Assembly (NCBI GenBank): GCA_003161195.1
Contig: PMOV01000150.1
Location: 2,556-39,988, forward strand
Length of the DNA: 37,433 nt
Source: Acidobacteriota bacterium
GTDB taxonomy: Bacteria; Acidobacteriota; Terriglobia; Acidiferrales; UBA7541
Direction: 5' to 3'
The translations under genes were made by a program, and so were the position numbers. Each line of letters starts with the position of its first letter. Positions within the stretch are counted from its first letter, which is position 1. The notes below the pieces were generated by a model. That model saw only the letters and a program-made list of their open reading frames with translations. It was not told where the DNA came from and made no database searches. Positions 10,290 through 19,253 of the stretch are shown one piece after another.

Positions 10290-12764
10290 TCAAGCACGGA
10301 CGAGTTGTGCTTGCTGGGTACGAATCAGCGCGGCCACCAAATCGTGCAGCGCGGGGCTGGTGCAAACTTCGTAGTAGGGGTGCGACGACGGCGCTCCGAT
10401 GGTGCCGTCCGGCAGCAGTTCGCGCGCCAAGCCTTTGCGCATCACCAGCATCTCCACGGAATCGCCCATGGGGACTTCGCCGTAGTACAGGGTGACGTCG
10501 GATTTTCCCCAGGGCATTTCGAGATTGGTGACCACAGTATTCAGGGAAATCTCCTCCTGCAATTTCTGAAAACCTTCTTCGTTGAGTTCGATACCGTTCA
10601 TGTTGAAGCGCACCAGGAATTCGTCCAGTTCCTCGGCGGTGGCGCCTTCGAGCGCGGTGAGAAACTGGAAGACGCAGAAAAGCGATTTCTGGCCGGTGAG
10701 CAGGCGCTTGGCAAGTTTGGCGCAGCCGGAAAGACGGTCCGAAAGATTCAACGCCTTGGAGATCATGATGCGGGATTCGCCGTCGGTCCAATAGGTAGGC
10801 GCGCCACCCTGGAAGGCGACGCCGAGGCCGAGTTCAAGCGCGGGCAACTTCGAGGCGGCGGCACGGTCGTTGTAGGAATTGGTCACCAGGAGAATCTGGC
10901 GCGAGAGGATGCATGCCTTGGCGACGGCGCGGGCGTAAGACTGCGTGGACTCGGTCTCAAAAATGGCCAGGATGATAGCGTCGCCTTCGATGAAGACTTT
11001 GCGCGCATCGAAGCGGTCGAGCAGTTTCTTGACGGGGTCGTGCAGATTGAGGCTAAAGTGCGACGCCGGGCTGAGGCCGCGGGAAAGTAGATCCTGCGTC
11101 ATTTTCGTCGAGCCGCGAACGTCCGCTTTGATGATGACGTGGGAAACGACGTGGTCGTGCTGCGGGCGAGCTTCCTCAGGCAGCACACATTCGTAAAGAC
11201 GATTATTCATGCGCGAGAGGTCGCGCGCCTTTTCGGAAGTGACCAGGCCGATGCGTTCCATGCAGGCGCTGACGTGTTCGGCGTCGCGCAGATCGCGATG
11301 CAGGCGCAGGAAATCCACCGCGAAGCGCAACACGTAGGCCTGCAGTTCTTCGCGCGAATACTTGCGGATTCTTTTGGAGAGCTCTTCAATGGGCTTGATC
11401 GACAAGCGGCGCGCCGGAACTTGCTTGATGAGTTGCTCGACTCTTTTGCTTTCTTCCTTAGACACCACCGCCTTGCGCAATTGCTGCAGATGGACGGGCG
11501 GGCTGTACATGGAGGCGATGCCGCGAATTTCGTAGCTGGCGAGGATGGGGTAGAGAATTTCGCGGTTTTCCAAACGTTCCACCAGCTGCGCAAGCAAGCG
11601 CGCGCGGAGTTGGCTGCCTTCGGGCGAAAAAGCGGGATCGAAAAGGCGGCGGGCATTTTCGGGCTCGTTGAGATAATCGGAGAGCCGGCCGCTGTAATCC
11701 TTGGCGAAGAAGTCCACCTTTTGCCTGGCGGCGTCGAGCACTGGGGCCAGTTCTTCGAGATTGCGGGATTTTTGCTTGAGCTTTTCTTCAGCTTCGGCGA
11801 GCGCGGCGGTCAGCTCCGCCGGGTCGCCGGAGCTTAGAAATTTGTTCAGGAAGCCGTCACCGCGTTCCAGTTTCCTGCGCAGATTTCCGCGCAATTCTTC
11901 GAGAGCGGCGGTCTCCACGCGCAGCGTCTGCGCCGTTTGCAAGAGCAGGTTGTGCGTGTCCGCCACTTCGGCGGAGGCGGGATCACGCCCCGCGGCCGAG
12001 CCAATCTCGGTCAAAAATTCCTGGAACACCTGGTCCACGGCCTCGAAGCGGTCCAGGTCGCGCACGTAGTTGCCGAGCAGGACGTAGTTCTCCAGGAAGT
12101 ACACGTCATCTTTGCCGCCGTCGAGAAACACCATGCGCGTTTTGAGCAGTTCGTAATAAGCAGCGAAATCGTCGCCAAAGAGCGCGCGGCGTGCTTTGGA
12201 AATGACGTGGTCTTCGATGTCCGCCAGCGCTTGGGCAATCTGCTGGCCTACCGGACGTATCACCGCGCGGCGCGATGCCTGCAGTTCAGAAAGGCGCGCA
12301 TTCATAACGTGCGCCTGCTGGCTGCGCTCAAAATGCTCCCCGCGCTGGCGCACCCACTCCTTGCCTTCTTGCACCAGGGCCACGAATTGATTGCCCAGTT
12401 CCACGGTAAGAAATTTCAGCAGGGCCACGCGAAAGAGGATATCGATCTCGATATTTTTCTGGTATTTGGCCTGCGTGAGCGAGCTGTGCATCAGCTCGGT
12501 GAGGATTTTGCGGAAGCCCGCGTTGTCCAACGCCATGGTGTCGCGCAGTTCGATGCCGGAGAAAAAACTGGCGGCGGTGCTCTGGCGAATGAGGTTGAAG
12601 AGATAGTCGCGCGCAGACTGGCAGAAGCGTGGGCTAAGAAAAACATCATGATGAACGTTATCGACCCCAATGGAGAGCGAGCTCATCGGGAGCGTAAGAC
12701 TGTAGCTCTTCAGGTCGATCAGCGCCGCGTCGACGGAACCTGGCGTCACCGGTGAATTGGGCAT
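10290..12764 (-). CDS. Large soluble protein with a coiled coil and a C-terminal class III nucleotide-cyclase-like domain
   Basis: IIKADVRGST, KVFIEGDAIIL, LELGLGV and KALNLSDRLSG correspond to the class III cyclase motifs. Start ATG 12764 behind GGGAG. Confidence 0.75.
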   Translation of the reverse strand: MPNSPVTPGSVDAALIDLKSYSLTLPMSSLSIGVDNVHHDVFLSPRFCQSARDYLFNLIRQSTAASFFSGIELRDTMALDNAGFRKILTELMHSSLTQAKYQKNIEIDILFRVALLKFLTVELGNQFVALVQEGKEWVRQRGEHFERSQQAHVMNARLSELQASRRAVIRPVGQQIAQALADIEDHVISKARRALFGDDFAAYYELLKTRMVFLDGGKDDVYFLENYVLLGNYVRDLDRFEAVDQVFQEFLTEIGSAAGRDPASAEVADTHNLLLQTAQTLRVETAALEELRGNLRRKLERGDGFLNKFLSSGDPAELTAALAEAEEKLKQKSRNLEELAPVLDAARQKVDFFAKDYSGRLSDYLNEPENARRLFDPAFSPEGSQLRARLLAQLVERLENREILYPILASYEIRGIASMYSPPVHLQQLRKAVVSKEESKRVEQLIKQVPARRLSIKPIEELSKRIRKYSREELQAYVLRFAVDFLRLHRDLRDAEHVSACMERIGLVTSEKARDLSRMNNRLYECVLPEEARPQHDHVVSHVIIKADVRGSTKMTQDLLSRGLSPASHFSLNLHDPVKKLLDRFDARKVFIEGDAIILAIFETESTQSYARAVAKACILSRQILLVTNSYNDRAAASKLPALELGLGVAFQGGAPTYWTDGESRIMISKALNLSDRLSGCAKLAKRLLTGQKSLFCVFQFLTALEGATAEELDEFLVRFNMNGIELNEEGFQKLQEEISLNTVVTNLEMPWGKSDVTLYYGEVPMGDSVEMLVMRKGLARELLPDGTIGAPSSHPYYEVCTSPALHDLVAALIRTQQAQLVRA

Positions 12765-12791
12765 GGGACTCCCTGTGAAAGGGGCTACCAA

Positions 12792-12820
12792 AAGCTAACA
12801 GCCGGAATGGCCACAGGCAA
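12792..12820 (-). promoter_or_regulatory. Sigma70-type promoter for the cyclase-like gene
   Basis: TTGCCT-N17-TAGCTT with TG of an extended -10. Confidence 0.5.
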
Positions 12821-12905
12821 CGATTCCGGGGGACAGGCGTAGCCTGTGAGTTAGGAGCAATTTCGTAACTCGTCTCGCGGCACAGCTTCCTTGGATGAAC
12901 GGCAC

Positions 12906-13379
12906 TTACGACGTCGGGCCGCTGGGCGTGCTCGATGCGACTTCGTATACGGTGATACGGCGATGGTCCTGCCCCTGGTGTTCAAGCCGTATGCGCACCT
13001 GCGGCCACGGCGCAATCAGCGGAAACCGCTCGGACCATTCCAAAATGGCGATGGCCGGGGTGTCGAACATATCTTCCATCCCGAGAGTCTCGAAATCGTG
13101 GAAGGAGTCGATGCGATACAGGTCGGCGTGGAAGACCTTGCGCGCTTTTCCGTAGACGTGGACGAGGGTAAACGTGGGGCTCGTGACTTCGTCTTCACTG
13201 GCGGCCCCCAAGCCGGAGACCAGCCCTTTCGTAAGCGTGGTCTTGCCGCTGCCGAGATCCCCAGTAAGCAGCACCAGCGCAGGGGCGGATAACGTCTTGG
13301 CGAATGCCCTGCCCCAGGCGGCGGTCTCTTCGGCGGACGCGGTGGTAACGGAAGCGAGTATCTTTTCGGAGTCAGACAA
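12906..13379 (-). CDS. tsaE: tRNA threonylcarbamoyladenosine biosynthesis ATPase TsaE
   Basis: LTGDLGSGKTT, VTSPTFTLVHVY, HADLYRI, LEWSE. TTG start 13379 behind GAGGAG, overlapping the nnr stop. Confidence 0.95.
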   Translation of the reverse strand: MSDSEKILASVTTASAEETAAWGRAFAKTLSAPALVLLTGDLGSGKTTLTKGLVSGLGAASEDEVTSPTFTLVHVYGKARKVFHADLYRIDSFHDFETLGMEDMFDTPAIAILEWSERFPLIAPWPQVRIRLEHQGQDHRRITVYEVASSTPSGPTS

Positions 13380-14982
13380 TTTGCTGCAACTCCTCGAGCA
13401 AGGCGCGCCGCGCGGCAGGCAGAGCATTGACCAAGTCACTCGAAAGGAGCCCGGAGACGTCGGTGGTGGCAGTGGCGACTTCTGCGGCTTTGCCGTGCAG
13501 ATAGACGCCCAGCGTTAACACGCGGAGCCAATCCGCCGTGCCGAATTGCGCGGTCAGCGCGGAGAGAAATCCCGTGAGCACATCGCCGGAGCCACCTTTC
13601 GCCAAACCAGGATTGCCGGTGGTGTTGATGAAGAGATTGCCCGAAGGATCGGCCACGACGGTGTGAAAGCCCTTCAGGATGATGTGGACATTCCAATCGC
13701 GCGCCGCGTCTCGGGCGATGTTCAAGCGATTCGCTTGCACCTCGTGGATCGATTTACTGCAGAGCCGCGCCATTTCGCCGGGATGCGGGGTGATGGCGAG
13801 AAATTGCGCTTTGCGCTCGCGGAGCTTTTCCGCGCTGCCGGCGAACGCGTTGAGGCCGTCGGCGTCGAGGACCAGCGGAGCTTCGATACTCTGCACCACG
13901 GCACGGATGAACTCTTGCGTTTCCGGCTCCGTGCCTAGTCCCGGACCCATGCCGATGACGGCGCGCTTGGCAGCTAATTTTGCAAAGTGCCCGCTGGTCC
14001 AATTTTTTGCCGCGACGGTGCCACGTGTGGTGGCGGCCAGTGCCTCGGTCATGTATTCCGGGTGGGCCGCAGCGACCATCGGCAGAGCCGCTTCTGGCGT
14101 GGCGATGGTGACTAGCCCTGCGCCGCCGCGCAGCGCAGCGCTTCCGCAGAGAATGGCCGCGCCCGTTTTGCCGGTCGCGCCGGCCACCAACAGGGCGTGG
14201 CCGTAAACGCCCTTGTTGGAATCCCATTTGCGAATCAGCGGAAGTTTGGCAAATTCGGCAGACTCGGCCCAACGCAAATCGCTCTTGCCAACTTCTTCCA
14301 CCAGCGCAGGCGGCGAGCCGATTTGCACCACGTCCAGCGCACCGCAGCAGGCCGCGTGCGAGGATTCGAGCTGCCCGATTTTCGGCGCCGTAAACGTTAC
14401 GGTGCGATGCGCGAACAGCACCGGTCCAGCCGGGGCCTCGCCATCCGATGGCAGGCCGCTCGGCGTGTCTACCGCGATAATCAGCGCGGGTCGCGGCGCG
14501 GTGGCATTTTGCGAGACGCGATTGGTCTCTTCAATGGCTTCGGCGATTAAACCTTCGGCGGCTCCGCGCAGCCCGGTGCCGAGCAGCGCGTCCACAATAA
14601 CTTGTGCCTTGCCGATGGCGTGGCGCTTGGCGCTCCAATCGTCCGCGCTGTTGATCATGCTGGTAGCTCCGCCGATGTTCCGCCAGCGCTCGAAGTTCGT
14701 GCCCGCATCGCTATCGGATTGGGGCTCCGTGCCGAAATACCAGACGCGTGGATCGCGCCCAGCTTCCTTCAAGTGGCGCGCGCACACCAGTCCGTCCGCG
14801 CCATTGTTGCCTTTGCCGCAGAGCACTACGATGCGGCGCGCGCGCTGCGGCGGGCACAGGCGCAGGATGGCATCGGCGACGCGCTTGCCCGCAGCTTCCA
14901 TGAGTTGAATGCTGGGAATGTGCTGCCGCTCGATCGTGAGGCGATCGACTTCGCGCATTTCGGAAGCCGTGAGCGGTTTCAT
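13372..14982 (-). CDS. nnr: Bifunctional NAD(P)HX epimerase/dehydratase (YjeF)
   Basis: LMEAAG, CGKGNNGADG, VDALLGTG, AVDTPSG, NKGVYGH, GPGLG, LDADGLN, ITPHPGEMARL, GGSGDVLTG; adjacent to tsaE. Confidence 0.95.
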   Translation of the reverse strand: MKPLTASEMREVDRLTIERQHIPSIQLMEAAGKRVADAILRLCPPQRARRIVVLCGKGNNGADGLVCARHLKEAGRDPRVWYFGTEPQSDSDAGTNFERWRNIGGATSMINSADDWSAKRHAIGKAQVIVDALLGTGLRGAAEGLIAEAIEETNRVSQNATAPRPALIIAVDTPSGLPSDGEAPAGPVLFAHRTVTFTAPKIGQLESSHAACCGALDVVQIGSPPALVEEVGKSDLRWAESAEFAKLPLIRKWDSNKGVYGHALLVAGATGKTGAAILCGSAALRGGAGLVTIATPEAALPMVAAAHPEYMTEALAATTRGTVAAKNWTSGHFAKLAAKRAVIGMGPGLGTEPETQEFIRAVVQSIEAPLVLDADGLNAFAGSAEKLRERKAQFLAITPHPGEMARLCSKSIHEVQANRLNIARDAARDWNVHIILKGFHTVVADPSGNLFINTTGNPGLAKGGSGDVLTGFLSALTAQFGTADWLRVLTLGVYLHGKAAEVATATTDVSGLLSSDLVNALPAARRALLEELQQIV

Positions 14983-15067
14983 GGGCGTTGAAAGTGTGCG
15001 ATTTTACGAGGGCAGCTCATCAGCCTTTGCCTAAACGCTTGCATTCGAGATTGCGCCGAAACCGCGC

Positions 15068-15098
15068 GCAGTCCCCCACGGCGGGGCGCCACTACAAA
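15068..15098 (-). repeat. GTAG-type REP element
   Basis: TTTGTAG followed by an imperfect GC-rich hairpin (TGGCGCCCCGCCGTGGGGGACTGC). Confidence 0.5.
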
Positions 15099-15111
15099 GT
15101 TAGTCCGGTCG

Positions 15112-15147
15112 CCACAACGTCCTAAACACCCACAACGTTCTAAACAC
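15112..15147. repeat. 18-bp tandem duplication directly after the SDR stop codon
   Basis: CCACAACGTCCTAAACAC followed by CCACAACGTTCTAAACAC (one mismatch). Confidence 0.85.
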
Positions 15148-15148
15148 T

Positions 15149-15892
15149 TTAGAGCATCCAACCGCCGCTTACGTTGATCACTTGACCGGTTACGTATTCG
15201 GATTCTTCGGAGGCGAAAAAGGCTACGGCTGAGGCGACATCCTCGGTCGTGGGCGGGCGGCCAATCGGGAAACGCGCGTCGCGCACTTTGCGCGCTTCGT
15301 CGATGGTCAGTTCGTTTTCGTCCACGCTGGAAGGGTTTACCACATTTACGGTGATGCCGTTTTTCGCTTCTTCCAGTGCCAGCGAGCGGGAGAGGGCCAC
15401 CACTGCGGCTTTGGCGGCCGCGTAGGCGGAAATCTTCGCCTGACCGAAGGCGCGTTCCGCGCCCACTGCGCCCATGTTGATGATGCGGCCCCAACGCGTC
15501 TTACGCATGTGCGGCAGCACGGCGCGGCTCACGTACACCACGGTCATCAGATTGGAGGAGAAGACGCCCTTCCAATCCTCGAGCGACGATTCGCTGAGCG
15601 TGCCCCAACGAAAATCGCCGACGTTGTTGACGAGCACGTCGATGCGGCCAAAGCGCTCGACGACTGTTTGCACGAGTTGCTCGGCACGCGGGGCATCAGA
15701 GATGTCCGTCTCGACGGCCACGCAATCGGCGCCGGCGGTTTGCAGTTGGCGCAGCGTCTGCTGCGCGGCAGCTTTGTTGGAGCGATAGGCGATGGCGACG
15801 CGCGCGCCTTCCTTGGCGAGACGTGTGGCCACGCCACGGCCGATGCCGCGGCTGCCACCAGTAACCAACGCAACGCGATTGCGCAGTTGCAT
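15149..15892 (-). CDS. Short-chain dehydrogenase/reductase (FabG-like)
   Basis: ALVTGGSRGIG, DVLVNNVG, YAAAK catalytic motif, YVTGQVINVSGG. Confidence 0.93.
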   Translation of the reverse strand: MQLRNRVALVTGGSRGIGRGVATRLAKEGARVAIAYRSNKAAAQQTLRQLQTAGADCVAVETDISDAPRAEQLVQTVVERFGRIDVLVNNVGDFRWGTLSESSLEDWKGVFSSNLMTVVYVSRAVLPHMRKTRWGRIINMGAVGAERAFGQAKISAYAAAKAAVVALSRSLALEEAKNGITVNVVNPSSVDENELTIDEARKVRDARFPIGRPPTTEDVASAVAFFASEESEYVTGQVINVSGGWML

Positions 15893-16026
15893 GCTTTCCC
15901 CTGAAGGAATATGTCGCGCAGCCAGTATAGCTTAGCGCCGGAGTTTGGCGCCAAGGCAAGAGGCGCGCAGCGCAAGATGCCAGATTCCACCAGCGGCAGA
16001 GGACGAGCTTGTCCCCTGTGGTTTCG

Positions 16027-16094
16027 TGTAAGTGTTCATTCTGCTGGAGATGAATTCCTTTGTTTTGATACAGATTTGTAAGTGTTCATTCTGC
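16027..16094. repeat. 18-bp perfect direct repeat with 50-bp period in an AT-rich intergenic element
   Basis: TGTAAGTGTTCATTCTGC at 16027-16044 and 16077-16094. Confidence 0.9.
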
Positions 16095-16303
16095 GAGCTT
16101 TATTAGCTCTGGTTGTTTATAGATGTGATATCTTTAAGGATGGAAATTTATGTCCAAACAGGCATGGATATATTTTTCGGACCTCGGAAACAAGTGCGCC
16201 GTTTTGGCGGTTCTACGTTCGGATCGAGAAGCTAAATTGTTCTTACTGAGTGACTTACGTTCGGGAAATTACCAGCGGTCAGGCACACTTCTCTACAAGA
16301 AAC

Positions 16304-16332
16304 ATCGTACACGTTTTGGCTTAGTTTGTCAA
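16304..16332 (-). promoter_or_regulatory. Near-consensus sigma70 promoter firing into the AT-rich element
   Basis: TTGACA-N17-TACGAT on the minus strand. Confidence 0.7.
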
Positions 16333-16392
16333 GAGAAATTTCAGGGCATCACGAGATAAGCGGATTGGGGCGTTTCCGCACTCCGCTTACTA

Positions 16393-18384
16393 CTAGCGCA
16401 AGCGAGCAGCAATCACCGTCATGTCGTCGGCTTGCTCCGGCGTGCCCGCCCATTCTTCCACCGTGGCCATCAAGGACTCGCAAACCTCGCGCGGCTTCAG
16501 CGTTTGTACACGAATGGCGGCTTGCTCGAGGCGCGGAATGCCGAACTCCTCGCCGTAGACGTTTTCCGGTTCGATCAGGCCGTCGCTGTAACCGATCAGC
16601 AGCGCGTCCCCTGGAACATTCACGGTTCCCTCTTCGTATTCGTACTCCTCGATGATGCCCAGCACCATGCCGCCTTTGTCCAGATGCACGGCTTCCGCCG
16701 GGCCAAGCAGGAACGTCGGTAAATGGCCGGCGTTACAGTACCGCAGCGTGCGTGCGGCGCTATCGTAGATGGCGATGAAAAAGGTAGCGAAGCGATCGTC
16801 TCCGGTGTTGCGCACCAAATGTTTGTTGAGACGTGAAACCAATTCCGAGGCGCTCAGGGTTTCACTTCCGGGCGCCAGCATTTGGCTGCGCAGCGCGGCT
16901 TGCAGGCTGGCCATCAGCAAGGCGGCGGAGATTCCCTTGCCGGAAATATCGGCGATGGCCACGGCGACCTTTGTGTCGGTCAGTTGGATAAAGTCGTAGT
17001 AATCGCCGCTGACCGCGCGGGCAGCTTTGCAGATGGCCTCGATTTCGACGCCGGGCACGCTTGGAATCTGCCGCGGGAAAAGCTGATTTTGCACTTCGCG
17101 CGCGATGGAGATTTCGTTTTCGAGGCGCTGGCGGCGCGTTTTTTCGTCGATGAGATTGCTGACCGAGCCGGTCATCTCGTTGAACGATTCGCCGAGAACG
17201 CCGAGCTGGTCCTGGCGGTCGACGCGCACGCGATGGGTAAAGTCGCCGGACTGCACATAGCGCGTGGCAGCGTACAGATCGTCGACGGCGGTGGTGATGC
17301 GCTTGGTGAGCACGATGCCGGTGAAGAGCGCGGCCGCCTCGATGAGCAGCAGCGCCACAACCACCAGGATAAACGGCAGCAGGTAAATGATGCCGAGTTC
17401 ACCGATGGAGGCAAAGATGCGGGCGTTGAGGCTGGAAGGCCGCGCGTTAAAGGAGGCGACCACCGGCCAGGATTTCTGCACGCCCTCGCCTTCCTTTACA
17501 TAAACCGCTTCAAATTTAGAAACGCCGTTGACGATAGGGTCGAGCCAAGCGAGCTTGGGCTGCAGCACACGGTTACGCGCGCTGACGCGCCGCACGGCGG
17601 AATATTTTACGTCACCGAAGGGGTACAACACGCCGGCAGGTCGGCTGACGTCGTAGCGCTCCAGCAAGTCCAGGTGCACGACGCCCAGGTCTGGCGCGAG
17701 CGTGGCGAGAAATTCCGGTGTGACCGGAACGCGCAGCGTGACCACACGGCGGCCGCGCGGCGTCTCAATTTCGCGCAGGCCCACGACGGAGAGTCGCTCG
17801 CCCTGCTGTATGAGACCGGCGAAGCGGCGTACCGTCGGGCCCGCCACCTCGTGCAGAAGTTTCGGGTCGTCGGCGTATTCGATTTTCAGGCCGGGCAGCT
17901 CGGGGCCATAAACCACTTCTTCCTGCGAGGCGACGATTGCTTCGGCCATGGCGCCGGAGATGCCGGAGTTGGCCGTGCTGCCGAGAGAGCTGGCGATCTG
18001 TTCGGCGCCCTCGGAGACCATCTCGACGCGGTGCTGCAGGTCCACGTAAAGGAGATAGCCGCCCAGTTGGGTGTACAGAATCATGAGCGAGAAGCCCGCC
18101 AAGGCGACGACTAGCATGACGGGCACGAGCGCGATAAAGAGGTACGCGACGATAAGGCGGTCGCGCAGACGCCAGAGGAGGCGGCCGCGCCACAAACCGA
18201 TCATGCGGATGAAGAGATAGACGGCGGCGATGGCGCCCAGGAATTTCAGCAGGCTTAGCGCACCGCCGGAAAGCCCGAGCACGTAGATGACGGCACCCAC
18301 GAGAAAGAGCGCCAAGGCGACAAGGTCCAGGCGCGACAGGCGCCGGAGGAAAGATTGCAGATTTGCGCGGAAGGGGGTCATCAC
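16393..18384 (-). CDS. Membrane-bound PP2C/SpoIIE (RsbU-like) phosphatase with HAMP domain
   Basis: AREVQNQLFP, VSGDYYD, IADISGKG, RFATFF, CNAGH, YSDGLIE, QADDMT; several TM helices and a HAMP domain. TAGAAT -10 at 18397-18402. Confidence 0.95.
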   Translation of the reverse strand: MMTPFRANLQSFLRRLSRLDLVALALFLVGAVIYVLGLSGGALSLLKFLGAIAAVYLFIRMIGLWRGRLLWRLRDRLIVAYLFIALVPVMLVVALAGFSLMILYTQLGGYLLYVDLQHRVEMVSEGAEQIASSLGSTANSGISGAMAEAIVASQEEVVYGPELPGLKIEYADDPKLLHEVAGPTVRRFAGLIQQGERLSVVGLREIETPRGRRVVTLRVPVTPEFLATLAPDLGVVHLDLLERYDVSRPAGVLYPFGDVKYSAVRRVSARNRVLQPKLAWLDPIVNGVSKFEAVYVKEGEGVQKSWPVVASFNARPSSLNARIFASIGELGIIYLLPFILVVVALLLIEAAALFTGIVLTKRITTAVDDLYAATRYVQSGDFTHRVRVDRQDQLGVLGESFNEMTGSVSNLIDEKTRRQRLENEISIAREVQNQLFPRQIPSVPGVEIEAICKAARAVSGDYYDFIQLTDTKVAVAIADISGKGISAALLMASLQAALRSQMLAPGSETLSASELVSRLNKHLVRNTGDDRFATFFIAIYDSAARTLRYCNAGHLPTFLLGPAEAVHLDKGGMVLGIIEEYEYEEGTVNVPGDALLIGYSDGLIEPENVYGEEFGIPRLEQAAIRVQTLKPREVCESLMATVEEWAGTPEQADDMTVIAARLR

Positions 18385-18547
18385 CTGATGGATAAGATTC
18401 TAGCTTACCTGAGAGGTTGCATGGCTGGGCTCATGCGACGAGGCTGATATTCTTTGAGCCGGCGCGACGCTGCTAACGCAGTAAGGCGTCAAAGCCCGCC
18501 TGCACAAAATGACGGTCTAGGGCAAGCGCTGCGGTGAGTTGCTGCTC

Positions 18548-18815
18548 TTAAATGATATCGAACAGCTGGCTGGTTTGCGGGTAAATCGCTATCTCCGAAG
18601 GCTTTCGCAGCAACGAGACGTAGTTAGCCACACGGGGACGCAAGGGGTTTTCAGAGTCACAGCAGGCGTTCAGGAGTTCCACCTACACCATCTCACTGGT
18701 TACGATTTGGCGCGGTTGGTAGAAGTTCGAAAGCTCAATCGCCTTCTGGTGGAGAGCGTCGCGACCGCTTAGAAGAGCAAGCCAGTAAAACGGTGTCAGC
18801 GAATTCTCGAACCAT
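18548..18815 (-). pseudogene. PIN-domain (VapC-type) toxin pseudogene
   Basis: MVREFADT, then a 1-nt frameshift to FYWLALLSGRDALHQKA...IVTSEMV-TAG-VELLNA...YPQTSQLFDII-stop. Typical PIN motifs FADT.Y.LAL...D..H and TSE.VL.E are present; the C-terminal half is missing. Confidence 0.8.
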
Positions 18816-19105
18816 CGGTGGCGTTTCGGAGTGCCATAGAGGTAATGATCGTGGTTCTGACCGAAGTCCGTGGGGATCTTATCCCACTCAGAATCGGGGA
18901 TGTCCCTGGTGCACTCCGCCGCTAGAGTCGCCAAATTCGTTATTTGATCGGTGTGGGGAGGCCCCGAGATATTTTCATCTGTGCCATTTTCGCGCTGTTG
19001 CAGAAGTTTTAGGCCGGCGAGGAGGACTTCGTCGGCAGAGGTGTAGCGGCCGGTGTTTAGCTGCTCATCGATTAGGCGGGCTACGTCTGGGTTGGTGATG
19101 GTAAT
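18813..19105 (-). pseudogene. Antitoxin (ParD-like RHH N-terminus plus D...NHDHYLYG C-terminus); start and stop codons degenerate
   Basis: PDVARLIDEQLNTGRYTSADEVLLAGLKLL (ParD-like) ... IPTDFGQNHDHYLYGTPKR. ATT sits where ATG is expected behind AGGTGG, and TGG sits where the TGA of an ATGA overlap is expected. Confidence 0.7.
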
Positions 19106-19206
19106 GGGACGCCACCTGATTCGTGGTTCATCAGATGTTTTGGCCGCGGGCGTCCCGGTTTCACCGGGCAAGCAAGAAAGAAGCGGGAGCTATAAGTCTG
19201 AAGCAA

Positions 19207-19236
19207 CGCGCCCGCCTCAGAATGCGGCCGCTACAA
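19207..19236 (-). repeat. GTAG-type REP element
   Basis: TTGTAG-CGGCCGC-ATTCTGAG-GCGGGCG; shares CCGCTACAACGGCA with the copy at 20952. Confidence 0.6.
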
Positions 19237-19253
19237 CGGCAGAAGCAGGGGCG

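Noticed and set aside
10290-12764. Cyclase-like gene as a Pycsar or CBASS anti-phage system
   Set aside because: No adjacent co-oriented effector (cNMP-binding TM or TIR protein). Context is core (tsaE, selC) and composition matches the host.
16027-16094. Mini CRISPR array (18-bp repeat, 32-bp spacer)
   Set aside because: Only two copies, the repeat is shorter than typical CRISPR repeats, and there are no cas genes in the window.
16150-16359. 69-aa plus-strand ORF in the AT-rich element
   Set aside because: No recognisable motif, and it runs antisense across the strong minus-strand promoter; probably spurious, though not excluded.
16882-18114. Long antisense ORFs (also 4012-5019, 10227-11090, 26606-27586, 30254-31375)
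   Set aside because: Shadow frames opposite well-supported genes, as expected in GC-rich DNA.
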